64,000 bases of DNA from assembly GCA_963665165.1 (NCBI GenBank), contig OY761989.1, forward strand, positions 1,903,734-1,967,733, read 5' to 3'. Of the stretch, positions 16,449-25,774 are shown piece after piece. The DNA is from Arenicellales bacterium (GTDB lineage: Bacteria > Pseudomonadota > Gammaproteobacteria > Arenicellales > Poriferihabitantaceae). Below the pieces are notes generated by a model. The model was not told the DNA's origin. It made no database searches and saw only the letters and a list, made by a program, of their open reading frames with translations. Within the stretch, counting starts at the first letter, position 1, and every line of letters starts with the position of its first letter. Made by a program: the position numbers and the translations under genes.

Positions 16449-16822
16449 GGAGACCCTGATCTATCGTTATCTGCTATTCTTTAACCGCTGGGGTCATATA
16501 GTTCGCATTCTCTAGAATGTCGCTGGAGTTCACTCTTTCAAATAAGACACATATATTTCATCCAACTGGAGTCCGCCACGGTACTACCTGAGCATGTATG
16601 CTGTCGGTAATTTGTCCGGATCGTATATGATTTGACCATGTTCGGACATGCCCATTGGTCAATGGTCATCGTTGTACTTCATGCGCCATATCCCCCAAAG
16701 GCCCATCCCGATTTCTATCAAGTAAATCTCGTCTGGAGTATTCGTGCGCTCCTTCAGCAAGACAACAAGCTGACTGCCTATGAAGTCAAAGCGGGTGGGA
16801 GGTATCTCAACTCTCCAGATAT

Positions 16823-16987
16823 TTATCTACGAGTCAACTTGGAAATGTGTATCATCTCACAGACCTAGCTGACGGTGCACTGTTTTTCATCGTAGAGCCG
16901 GACAACCAGATCCCGATTTCCGAAGCCCAGGCCCACACCGGTTCTTCCCTGCATCAGGTTGCGCTCGAACTCAGCCATATGCAGATC
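16823..16987 (-). pseudogene. Serine recombinase C-terminal remnant (internally deleted, with stops); close relative of the 14618..15183 copy
   Basis: The reverse strand reads AEFERNLMQGRT...DLVVRLYDEKQCTVS*VCEMIHISKLT. The 14.6-kb copy reads AEFKRNLIRERT...DLEVKLYDEKQYTVT.ICEMMHISKLT. Confidence 0.7.
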
Positions 16988-16998
16988 CTGACAGGTTC

Positions 16999-17036
16999 CT
17001 AGGTCTGACAAGGCTGTAACGAAAACCCACGTTTTC
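16999..17036 (+). repeat. Tn3-family 38-bp terminal inverted-repeat-like sequence
   Basis: ctaggtctgacaaggctgtaacgaaaacccacgttttc compared with the Tn3 IR ggggtctgacgctcagtggaacgaaaactcacgttaag. The GGTCTGAC and AACGAAAAC.CACGTT blocks are conserved. Confidence 0.7.
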
Positions 17037-17075
17037 TTTACTCAGAAGGGAAAGCGAACTGATCGGTCCGGCGCG

Positions 17076-17405
17076 TTGCAGCGAGCGAAAACACGGTCAG
17101 ACGTATACGAAAATATTGTTGGAAGTGACGAAGTCGGCGTGTTTGTCTTCACCGAAAGCGCTTACAACGACGATGCCCACTTCGCCGCTCGCATGTTCCA
17201 CCACCGGGGATTGAGGGAAGACCCGGCAACCGGAAGCGCGAATACGGCGTTCGCTTCTCATCTTCGCTCACTCGGAAGCCATGGCAGAATCGTGGTTGAG
17301 CAAGGCTTCGAGATTTGCCGTCCCTCCCGGCTGTATCTTGACGTCTCCGAAACCATCCGCGTCGGAGGCAAGGTATGCCCGGTTGATGGATCAAACGCGG
17401 GCTGA
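17076..17405 (+). pseudogene. PhzF-family isomerase C-terminal fragment
   Basis: AARMFHHRGLREDPATGSANTAFASHL...VEQGFEICRPSRLYLDV...IRVGGKV matches the last ~100 aa of PhzF-type proteins (~280 aa). The N-terminal two-thirds are missing and the fragment starts just right of the IR-like sequence. Confidence 0.65.
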
Positions 17406-17507
17406 TAGTGAGGGCATAAAGGCAAGTCCTCGTGCCTGTACGCTACTCCGATACTTCCCTTGCTGTTTCTGCTATCAAATGATAGCGGTTTATGATATTA
17501 TCAAATA

Positions 17508-17762
17508 ATGAACAGCAAGCACAAAAAGACATTCGCTGCTGTTTTTGCAACGCCTGTACCAAAGAATATCGAATGGGCGAAAATAGAAGCGCTATTAATT
17601 GCGGCAGGTTGTATTGTTTCGGATGGTAGTGGTTCAAGGGTAAAGTTTGACTTTAAAGGACATACTGCGGTTTTTCATCGACCACACCCGCAAAAAGAAA
17701 CCAAACCGTATGCCGTCCGTCTGGTACGCGAATACTTGGAGCTGACCGGTATCAAACCATGA
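17508..17762 (+). CDS. hicA: HicA-family toxin (type II TA)
   Basis: 84 aa with GSGSRVKFDFKGHTAVFHRPHPQKETKPYAVRLVREYL. It overlaps the downstream hicB-like gene by 4 nt. Confidence 0.75.
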   Translation: MNSKHKKTFAAVFATPVPKNIEWAKIEALLIAAGCIVSDGSGSRVKFDFKGHTAVFHRPHPQKETKPYAVRLVREYLELTGIKP

Positions 17763-18133
17763 ATAATTTAACGTACAAAGGCTATTACGCAAATATCCAG
17801 TTTGAAGCAGACAGCGATGTTTTTGTGGGCCGTTTGGCAGGCATTACCGATATTGTCGTGTTTGAATCGGATACGGTTGAGGGCCTTAAAACGGCGTTTA
17901 TTGAAGCGGTGGATGATTATCTGGCGCATTGCAGGCGTATAGGGAAACACCCGCAAAAAGCGTTTTCCGGAAAGTTGATGTTGCGGATCAACCCGGAAAT
18001 ACACGCAGAGATTGCATTAGCGACTGAGCTGAGCCACGCAAAAAGCATGAATGAGTTTGCAGAAGCGGCTTTGCACAAGGAAGCCCAGGCATACATAAAC
18101 GCACAACAGGATGTTCAAAGACCTGCAAAATGA
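17759..18133 (+). CDS. hicB: HicB-family antitoxin
   Basis: YKGYYANIQFEADSDVFVGRLAGITDIVVFESDTVEGLKTAFIEAVDDYLAHC is typical of the HicB N-domain. The C-terminus is RHH-like (GKLMLRINPEIHAEIA). Confidence 0.8.
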   Translation: MNNLTYKGYYANIQFEADSDVFVGRLAGITDIVVFESDTVEGLKTAFIEAVDDYLAHCRRIGKHPQKAFSGKLMLRINPEIHAEIALATELSHAKSMNEFAEAALHKEAQAYINAQQDVQRPAK

Positions 18134-18355
18134 ATTATATATCGTTAATCATCTGTAGAAGTGCAGACTTGATCTGACATTACTAAACGACTGGTATTTC
18201 GCGCGAGCGACAAAGAGCGGGGCATGCAGGGATGCCCTGCTCTCATGGGCGGACCACCGCCAGATGCTCATCCCTGTTCGATGAATTGCTGATCCCTGCC
18301 CTGCCAGTTCCAGGTTCCCGGCAGGAGCCCGGCTCCCGATGCCTGCCCGCCATGG

Positions 18356-18892
18356 TCAGTTCAGGTAGCCCCGCAGCCTGTCGTACTCCCTGATCTGGCC
18401 AGTTGACAGTTCCCTGGCAGCCTCGATATGAGCGAGCAGGTGGATAGCCTGGAGTTGACCACGCATGGCTCCCAGATGTTCGGTTACCCGTGTCATTTCC
18501 CGGGCTGAGGGGTCCCCGGATGCAAACAGGCCCGCCAGGTGTTTCTCGGCCATGATGATGTCCTCGCCCTTGACCACTGCCCGGGACTTCATCCTGTCAT
18601 GGATTGCCCGAACCCGTCTTACCTGTGCGTCACTGAGACCGAGTTCCGACACGAGATCAAGCAGGTGCCTCGGTCCGGGGAAGTGGTTCAGTTCGGCCGC
18701 CCGGGCGAGCCCCATCCCCTCGCCGTGTCGCAGCGCGCGCACCTCCTCGTCTGTCAGGCTTGCTACTTCCGAACCCCGGGAGTGGGCATAGGATGACGGC
18801 TCGTGGGCATGCTGTGCCGTTGCCGGCATCGAAACCATTGCGAGCAGGCAGGCGCCGACCAGCCAGACGGGTGCAACAACCACTGTTTTCAT
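18356..18892 (-). CDS. Secreted periplasmic protein, Spy/CpxP/ZraP-like (helical LxxxQ-type repeats)
   Basis: Signal peptide MKTVVVAPVWLVGACLLAMVSMPATA is present. Helical repeats include LSDAQVRRVRAIHDRM and LSTGQIREYDRLRGY. The family call is tentative. Confidence 0.45.
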   Translation of the reverse strand: MKTVVVAPVWLVGACLLAMVSMPATAQHAHEPSSYAHSRGSEVASLTDEEVRALRHGEGMGLARAAELNHFPGPRHLLDLVSELGLSDAQVRRVRAIHDRMKSRAVVKGEDIIMAEKHLAGLFASGDPSAREMTRVTEHLGAMRGQLQAIHLLAHIEAARELSTGQIREYDRLRGYLN

Positions 18893-19094
18893 TGGTCACC
18901 TCCAATCACTAAAAAAGGAATTATTTACTCCAGTCGCAAACCATATCGATTATACAGTTCTAACTCGCCCGGACGGAAGAATGTTCCGGACGAATGGAAC
19001 CGGGAGCCCTGGGGCGAGCGGATCGACATGGCCGAAACCTGAATCCTCCTGCGTCACTCCCACCAGAACCGCCGTTCAATAAAACAGCCTTTGG

Positions 19095-20357
19095 CTACGG
19101 GAATCGTTCCTGCCATTTCATGCAGCGTTCCGAATCTCGCGCTTCATAGGCTGCCAACGCCGCCGCGGGGGTCAGATCGAACTGATGCTCATCGTCTTCA
19201 CCGAGTGCGGTCAGGCGCATCGAATACCATGCGGTGACACCACCACGTGGCGGAGTGTCGAATACCGGAAAGTCGGGATCACCGCCCTCGTTGCTCAACC
19301 ATGTGTTCGCGAGTGACGGATTCAGCGCCATCGCGCGTGCGAGGCTCACGGCGTCGGCATAGCCATTCCTGATGGCATCCACTGCCTGTTCGCGCGTCTC
19401 GAAGCCGCCCGTCACCATCAGCGGAATCGACGTCACTTTTTTCGCGCGCATGGCGAAATCAATGAAATAGGGACCGGATGAAGACGTACCTTCGGAACTT
19501 GATGCCGCGCCCGGAAAATACGTGCCGCCGCTGATGTCGATCAGATCAATCGACGTCCGGTCGAGCATGCGAACCACTTCTAACGCATCGCCTTCTGCCA
19601 GACCGCCCACGAGCCTGTCCGTCGAGTTGATCTTGATGCCGACCGGAAAAGATGCGCCGACAGCCTTCCTGACCACTTCGATCACTTCGCGGATGACGCG
19701 GAAGCGCCCTTCAATGGATCCACCATAACCGTCCGTTCTCCTGTTGAACAGGGGCGACAGGAACTGGCTGAACAGGAACCCGTGGCCCGCATGGATTTGA
19801 ACGCCGCTGAAACCTGCTTGCCTGGCGAGTTTTGCCGCTCTCGCATATGTGCGGGGCAGTTCATGAATATCTTCGAGCGACATGCCCTCGCATTTGAGTC
19901 CTTCGACATCCAGAGCAGACGGCCCCCTGGGCCGGCTGATCGGCAAATGAGACAGCGCGCCGGCATGTCCGAGCTGCGGCCATATATGTGCGCCGTTCGC
20001 CAACCCCCGCAACGCCAAAGCCTGCATGGCACCAAGGTCGGCGTCCGGTGCGAGTACGAGATTGCCGGGTTTTTCGGGATATCGCGGAGTAACCTGTACC
20101 TCGCCGATCAGCGACAGTGCAACGCCACCCTCGGCCCATCGTTCATACAGCCTCATCTGTGCTTCGGTGGGATTCCCTGCGCCGTCGCCAAGGGAATCCG
20201 ACATTGCTGATTTGATCAGCCGATTCTTGAGCGTTACGCCGCCAGGCAATTCCAGCGGGCATCCCAACACAGCCTTCGGACTTTGCTGCGTCAATTCAAT
20301 TCTCCCTCGGGTAATTCTCTGGTTTTTTGGTAGCCGGGAACCGATGACCCTGGTCAA
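19095..20357 (-). CDS. NADH:flavin oxidoreductase (Old Yellow Enzyme family)
   Basis: Motifs present are LKNRLIKSAMSD, YERWAEGG, WPQLGHAG, GFSGVQIHAGHGFLFSQFLSP..NRRTD.YGGS and TGGF. The start codon is uncertain because the N-terminal extension looks non-homologous. Confidence 0.85.
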   Translation of the reverse strand: MTRVIGSRLPKNQRITRGRIELTQQSPKAVLGCPLELPGGVTLKNRLIKSAMSDSLGDGAGNPTEAQMRLYERWAEGGVALSLIGEVQVTPRYPEKPGNLVLAPDADLGAMQALALRGLANGAHIWPQLGHAGALSHLPISRPRGPSALDVEGLKCEGMSLEDIHELPRTYARAAKLARQAGFSGVQIHAGHGFLFSQFLSPLFNRRTDGYGGSIEGRFRVIREVIEVVRKAVGASFPVGIKINSTDRLVGGLAEGDALEVVRMLDRTSIDLIDISGGTYFPGAASSSEGTSSSGPYFIDFAMRAKKVTSIPLMVTGGFETREQAVDAIRNGYADAVSLARAMALNPSLANTWLSNEGGDPDFPVFDTPPRGGVTAWYSMRLTALGEDDEHQFDLTPAAALAAYEARDSERCMKWQERFP

Positions 20358-20415
20358 CCGGGTATCCGGCCAGATTCGTGACGAGGGTGGTCTTCGTAAG
20401 CGACACCGGGATAAA

Positions 20416-20491
<76 letters not shown>

Positions 20492-20669
20492 AAGGGTGGG
20501 CCGCTGGCTTGACGCTGGATTATATGCGCCGCGCCGGATCATAGTCTACCGGAAAATATCCGGCTGGCCAGGGAACCGGAAGATACCGGTTCATCCCGAT
20601 GGATGATTGATTCCGGAAAGGGATTATACGATACTGGCAGCCTGTATTATCCGCCGCCATCTCCAACCC

Positions 20670-21341
20670 ATGATGCAACCCAAAGACAAGACACTGATTA
20701 TCGCGTGCGGCGCCCTGAGTCATGAGTTGGTCGAGTTGATTCGCGTGAATGACTGGAATCACCTGGAACTGACCTGTCTGCCCGCATACTGGCATCATCA
20801 ACCGCAACGCATCCCGGAAGGACTGCGGAAAAAGATTCGGGAAAACCGGGATAAATACAAGAAGATCTACATCATGTACGGCGATTGCGGAACCGCCGGG
20901 TATATTGACGCCGTGGCGGATGAGGAAGGCGCGGAACGGATAGCGGGACCGCATTGCTTTTCCTTCCTGATGGGTAATGACGCTTTTGAGGAATATACCC
21001 GGGATGAAATCACCACATTCTATCTGACGGATTTCTTCTGTGAGTATTTCGACCGGTTCGTTTGGGAAGCGCTGGGTCTGGACCGCAGGGACGATATGGT
21101 TGATTTCGTTTTCGCCAATTATGAAAAAGTCGTATTCATGGCGCAAACGGACAACCCTGAACTGCGGCGCAAGGCCGAAGAAATCGCTGGCAGGCTGAAG
21201 CTGAAGTATGAATATCGATATACGGGATATGGGGATATGGAAAAAATGATGAGAGCGACCGGGGCAAGCATCCCGGCCCGGCCTGCCGCAACTACCGAAT
21301 CATATCCGGCGAATCCAGCAAATCCGGCAGATCAGGCTTGA
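20670..21341 (+). CDS. DUF1638 domain-containing protein
   Basis: [16 protein letters not shown]...[11 protein letters not shown]...GPHCFSF...FYLTDFF has a DUF1638-like layout. The start is taken at the MMQPKD methionines. Confidence 0.6.
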   Translation: MMQPKDKTLIIACGALSHELVELIRVNDWNHLELTCLPAYWHHQPQRIPEGLRKKIRENRDKYKKIYIMYGDCGTAGYIDAVADEEGAERIAGPHCFSFLMGNDAFEEYTRDEITTFYLTDFFCEYFDRFVWEALGLDRRDDMVDFVFANYEKVVFMAQTDNPELRRKAEEIAGRLKLKYEYRYTGYGDMEKMMRATGASIPARPAATTESYPANPANPADQA

Positions 21342-22288
21342 CCGTGGCGCAGTCCGGTTGGCAGGGAGAAGGAGATGCTCTCCTCCGGCCCCTCCAGTTC
21401 GACCGCGGTATTGCCGTCGCTTGACAAGCTTTTGATGACTTTTTGCACCAGTGACTCCGGCGCGGATGCCCCCGCAGTCACTCCGGCAACCTTTTTGCCG
21501 ACCAGCCACTGCCGCTGAATCTGTTCAGGCCCGTCAATCAGGTAAGCCGGAACAGGATGGTTCCCGGCAATCTCGCGCAACCGGTTTGAATTCGAGCTGT
21601 TCGGTGAGCCGACCACAAAGACCACATCACATTCCCTGGCCAGCTTCTTGGCCGCATTCTGCCGGTTTTGGGTGGCAAAGCAAATGTCGTCCTTGCGCGG
21701 CCCTTGTATTTTCGGAAACCTGGACCGCAAGGCGGCGATAATTTTCGCGGTGTCATCCACCGACAGGGTGGTCTGGGTCACATAGGCCAGCATCGATGGA
21801 TTCGACACCTCCAGGGTCTCCACGTCATCCACGCTCTCGACCAGATGGATTCCCTGGTCCACCTGCCCCATGGTCCCCTCGACTTCGGGATGGCCGGCAA
21901 AGCCGACCAGCAGGATTTCAAACCCCCTTTCGCGATATTTCCTGACTTCGATATGGACCTTGGTGACCAATGGACAGGTGGCGTCGAATACGGTCAGGTT
22001 GCGTGCGGCGGCTTCGCGCCGGACTGACCGGGACACGCCATGCGCGCTGAATACAACGATTGAATTTTCAGGAATTTCGGCCAGTTCTTCGACAAAAATG
22101 GCGCCCTTTCGGGTCAGGTCATGGACTACGGATGTATTGTGGACCACTTCATGCCGGACATAAATGGAGCCATGGATTTCCAGCGCCCTCTCTACGATTT
22201 CAATGGCGCGTTCAACACCTGCGCAAAATCCTCTTGGATTGGCCAGAATGATTTGGGCTGGGAAAGGATTGTCCATCGTAAGGGTCAC
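21332..22288 (-). CDS. ispH: 4-hydroxy-3-methylbut-2-enyl diphosphate reductase
   Basis: [45 protein letters not shown] and [10 protein letters not shown] are IspH/LytB signatures. Confidence 0.95.
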   Translation of the reverse strand: MTLTMDNPFPAQIILANPRGFCAGVERAIEIVERALEIHGSIYVRHEVVHNTSVVHDLTRKGAIFVEELAEIPENSIVVFSAHGVSRSVRREAAARNLTVFDATCPLVTKVHIEVRKYRERGFEILLVGFAGHPEVEGTMGQVDQGIHLVESVDDVETLEVSNPSMLAYVTQTTLSVDDTAKIIAALRSRFPKIQGPRKDDICFATQNRQNAAKKLARECDVVFVVGSPNSSNSNRLREIAGNHPVPAYLIDGPEQIQRQWLVGKKVAGVTAGASAPESLVQKVIKSLSSDGNTAVELEGPEESISFSLPTGLRHGQA

Positions 22289-22299
22289 TTCATGAGTGG

Positions 22300-22806
22300 T
22301 CAGAGTCGTTTGCCCGGCGGGCAGAAATAGTCGATGATCACCAAAACCGCCCCGAAGGTAATCGCCATATCCGCAATGTTGAACGCCGGGAAGTACATAT
22401 CCTGATAATGCAGGGAAATGAAATCAATTACATATCGGTACTGAAGGCGATCAATCAGATTGCCCAATGCGCCCGCCAGAATCATGGCCAGTCCCCAGGC
22501 CAGCAGGCGGTTGACGGTAAAGCATCTCCATAACCAGACAACGATAAAGGCCGAGGCCAGCGCAGCCAGTGTCGAAAAAAAATAATGCTGCAACCCCCCG
22601 GCATCACTCAAAAAACCGAATGCCGCGCCGCGGTTTGCCACCCATGTCCATTGTAATACAGGCAGCGCCTCAATTGTGGGTTGGCCCCACAAATATTCCT
22701 GGGCCGCTTTCTTGGTAACCTGGTCAACAATAACGATCAATCCTGAAATACCGATATATCCCAGGAATTTGAGTGTGGGCTTTTGCGTCTTATGTCCTTT
22801 TTTCAC
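22300..22806 (-). CDS. lspA: Lipoprotein signal peptidase II
   Basis: [23 protein letters not shown] and [11 protein letters not shown] are LspA signatures, in a 4-TM layout. Confidence 0.95.
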   Translation of the reverse strand: MKKGHKTQKPTLKFLGYIGISGLIVIVDQVTKKAAQEYLWGQPTIEALPVLQWTWVANRGAAFGFLSDAGGLQHYFFSTLAALASAFIVVWLWRCFTVNRLLAWGLAMILAGALGNLIDRLQYRYVIDFISLHYQDMYFPAFNIADMAITFGAVLVIIDYFCPPGKRL

Positions 22807-22817
22807 CTGGTCTCATT

Positions 22818-23759
22818 TTAACCGATTCCCGCTTGCTGGAAGAACCGTTTTCCGGCTTCGCAATCAGCCAGAATCTGCGTTTTCAATTGCTCGAATGAAT
22901 CGAATTTCCGTTCATCGCGAATTTTTTCGATGAATTCCACACAAATCCGTCTGCCATAGATGTTTCTGTCAAAATCGAACAAATGCACTTCCAGCAATGT
23001 TTTCAAGCCCCCGACCGTGGGGCGTGTGCCCAGATTGGCGACCCCGCAAAATTCGTTTTCATCCTCATCGACACCCTTGGCACAAACCGCGAAAACACCG
23101 GTAAACGGGGGCTTCCTGACCGCAATGTTGAGAGTGGGGAACCCCCACTGCCTGCCACGTTTGTCTCCATGGATGACACGCCCCATCATCGAATAGTTTT
23201 TTCCCAGCATCTGTCTGGCTACGTCCAGGTCACCCTGCGCCAGCGCTTTTCTGATTCTGGTGCTGCTGATCCGGGCGCTGGAATCCGATACGGTATGAAA
23301 TTGCTCAGCCACGAACCCGTATTTCTTGCCGAATCGTTCCAGTAATCCATGATCTCCCGTTCTGCCTTCGCCGAACCTGAAATCGTCGCCTGTAAGAATA
23401 TACCGGATACCCAATCCTTCGACCAGAATCTGTCGAATGAATTCCCCGGCCCCGGTATTCGCCAGACCGGAGTTGAACGGCAGCGCCAGCATAACGTCAA
23501 TGTCGTACTCCCGGACAGACAAGTACCGGGCGCTCAGTCCGAACAGGCGGGGAGACGATTCCTGTTTTTGAAAATACTCGTTGGGGGTCGGCAGAAATGT
23601 CATCACAACCGTGGGCAGTGACAGTTCTTGACCTTTTTCGACCAACCTCCGCAAGATCATCCGGTGCCCCAGGTGGATGCCGTCGAAATTCCCGATGGTC
23701 AGGGCGCACCCTCCATCCGGTATCGATTTTGAATCTATGGATCTGGCCAGTTTCATCAT
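22818..23759 (-). CDS. ribF: Bifunctional riboflavin kinase / FMN adenylyltransferase
   Basis: ALTIGNFDGIHLGHRMIL, RISSTRIR, GRQWGFPTLN and LEVHLFDF are RibF signatures. The ATG at 23759 overlaps the murJ stop (ATGA). Confidence 0.95.
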   Translation of the reverse strand: MMKLARSIDSKSIPDGGCALTIGNFDGIHLGHRMILRRLVEKGQELSLPTVVMTFLPTPNEYFQKQESSPRLFGLSARYLSVREYDIDVMLALPFNSGLANTGAGEFIRQILVEGLGIRYILTGDDFRFGEGRTGDHGLLERFGKKYGFVAEQFHTVSDSSARISSTRIRKALAQGDLDVARQMLGKNYSMMGRVIHGDKRGRQWGFPTLNIAVRKPPFTGVFAVCAKGVDEDENEFCGVANLGTRPTVGGLKTLLEVHLFDFDRNIYGRRICVEFIEKIRDERKFDSFEQLKTQILADCEAGKRFFQQAGIG

Positions 23760-25324
23760 TCGCTGAATTCCCGGATTTTCCAGGGTGACCCGGGATTGAT
23801 ACCCAAAACAAGCAATGCGGCAAAATAGGTGATGCCGCCCAGTCCCACCAACAACCCGAGTTTCAACGCCTTTGTCCATACAGACACTTCCAGCCACCAG
23901 TTTTCAGCGCCAACCAGCCACCATACCGATAGTCCCATAGCCGTCGCGGCGACCAGAATCCGCGCCACGAATCCGGCCCAGCTACGATCAACGACGAAAA
24001 CCCCCTGTCGCTGCAGGACGACCAACAACATCAGCGCATTGGTCAATGCCGAAATCGAAGTGGCCAGCGCAAGCCCGACATGTTTGTAAGGCAGTACCAG
24101 AATCAGGCTGAACACGATGTTGACCGCAACCGCAATCATCGCAATCCGGACCGGAGTCCGGGTATTCTGTCTTGCGAAAAATCCGGCCGACAACACTTTC
24201 ACCATTACGAACGGGGTCAATCCCAACGAGTACGCGATCAGGCTCAACACCGTCATATTCACCCCGTTTTCCGTGAAATCCCCATGAAAATAAATGGTGC
24301 TGATCATCGGATGCGCCAGGATAATCAGCCCGACGGTAGACGGAATACTGACCAGCAGGGCCCATCGGGTTCCCCACTCCAGGGTCCTTGAAAAATCCCC
24401 CGGAGCGGTTTCAACATGTTTTCGTGACAAATGAGGAAGAATCGCGGTACTCAGGGCCAGTCCGAATACCCCCAGGGGAAACTCCATCAGGCGGTCGGAA
24501 TAGTACAGCCACGAGACACTGCCGGTCACCAGGAACGAGGCCAGAATCGTGTTGATCAGCGTGTTGACCTGGGCCACTGAAACCCCCAGCAAAGCCGGGA
24601 CCGTGAGCGCCAGCACACGCCGGGCCCCCTGGATCCCGACTTCGTCTCCCGGCCGTTTGATTACCCGCGGCCGGATCGTCAGCTTTTCCTTGCGCAGGAA
24701 TGGAATCTGGAAAAGCAATTGAACGACGCCAGCGACCAGGACTCCGATTGCAAGTGCGATCGGGGAATCATCGACCAACGGTACCAGGTACAGTGTTGCC
24801 AGAATCAAACAGATATTGAGCAGAATCGGCGTCGCCGCGGGAGCGGCAAAGCGATTGCAGGAATTGAGCATCCCGGCCGACATGGCAATCAGCGATATGA
24901 AAAACAGGTAGGGGAAAGTGATCCTGGACGCCTGTACCGTGAGAGCGAATTTTTCCGGGTCCCGGGTGAATCCGGTGGCCAGCATCGTAACCAGGGCGGG
25001 GGCGAATACCACACCCACCAGGCAGACGAGAATCAGGATCAGCCCGAACCGGCCGATCATCAACTGCAGGAACCGGTTGTTTTCGTCACCGGTTTTATTC
25101 AGTCGGTACTCGGTAAAAACAGGAATGAACGCGGCTGAAAAGGCGCCTTCTCCGAATAACCGGCGGAAAAAATTGGGCAGCCGGAACGCGACGATAAAAA
25201 CATCAGCGGCGGCCTTGTCTCCCAGTACATTGGCGAACAGGACATCCCGTATCAATCCCGATATCCTCGACAGCAATGTCATCGACCCCACCGCCGACAT
25301 CGACTTGAATAGCTTGGATGACAT
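23756..25324 (-). CDS. murJ: Lipid II flippase MurJ (MviN)
   Basis: LLSRISGLIRDVLFANVLG, VAFRLPNFFRRLFGEGAFSAAFIPVF and a 14-TM-like profile. Confidence 0.95.
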   Translation of the reverse strand: MSSKLFKSMSAVGSMTLLSRISGLIRDVLFANVLGDKAAADVFIVAFRLPNFFRRLFGEGAFSAAFIPVFTEYRLNKTGDENNRFLQLMIGRFGLILILVCLVGVVFAPALVTMLATGFTRDPEKFALTVQASRITFPYLFFISLIAMSAGMLNSCNRFAAPAATPILLNICLILATLYLVPLVDDSPIALAIGVLVAGVVQLLFQIPFLRKEKLTIRPRVIKRPGDEVGIQGARRVLALTVPALLGVSVAQVNTLINTILASFLVTGSVSWLYYSDRLMEFPLGVFGLALSTAILPHLSRKHVETAPGDFSRTLEWGTRWALLVSIPSTVGLIILAHPMISTIYFHGDFTENGVNMTVLSLIAYSLGLTPFVMVKVLSAGFFARQNTRTPVRIAMIAVAVNIVFSLILVLPYKHVGLALATSISALTNALMLLVVLQRQGVFVVDRSWAGFVARILVAATAMGLSVWWLVGAENWWLEVSVWTKALKLGLLVGLGGITYFAALLVLGINPGSPWKIREFSE

Positions 25325-25458
25325 GTCTGCCTGGCTGGTTATGATTGAATGGACAACATGCTTCGGGGCTTGACTTTCAGGTCAAAATTGACCATATTCC
25401 GGTGCCGTTGCCGTTAATCAACCCTTTATTTCGACTCACATATTCAAGAGGATAATCC

Positions 25459-25734
25459 TTGGCTAATTCACCCCAGGCAAGAAAAAGAGCCCGACAAAAT
25501 GCCAAACACCGGCTCAACAACATGAGCCAGCGCTCTTCGCTTCGTTCATCCATAAAAAGGCTGCTGAAGCTTATTTCGGAAAAGGACCGGGAAGGCGCCA
25601 GGTCGGCATATCGCGAAGCCACCTCCAGGATCGATCGCGCTGCCGTAAAGAACCTGCTCCACAATAACCGCGCGGCCCGCCTGAAAAGCCGTCTGAACAA
25701 CCGTATGAAATCCCTGGAATCAACGAACACATGA
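25459..25734 (+). CDS. rpsT: 30S ribosomal protein S20
   Basis: MANSPQARKRARQNAKHRLNNMSQRSS...; 91 aa; divergent from murJ, as in many proteobacteria. Confidence 0.95.
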   Translation: MANSPQARKRARQNAKHRLNNMSQRSSLRSSIKRLLKLISEKDREGARSAYREATSRIDRAAVKNLLHNNRAARLKSRLNNRMKSLESTNT

Positions 25735-25774
25735 AAATGGACCGGATCGTCGCAATTTGAAACGGCGATGACGT

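Noticed and set aside
16632-16868. A 78-aa plus-strand ORF, and a minus-strand frame (RFDFIGSQLVVLLKERTNTPDEIYLIEIG...), in the DNA between the AT-rich gene and the resolvase relic.
   Set aside because: No family resemblance that I can defend. It runs into the resolvase remnant and is probably decayed sequence.
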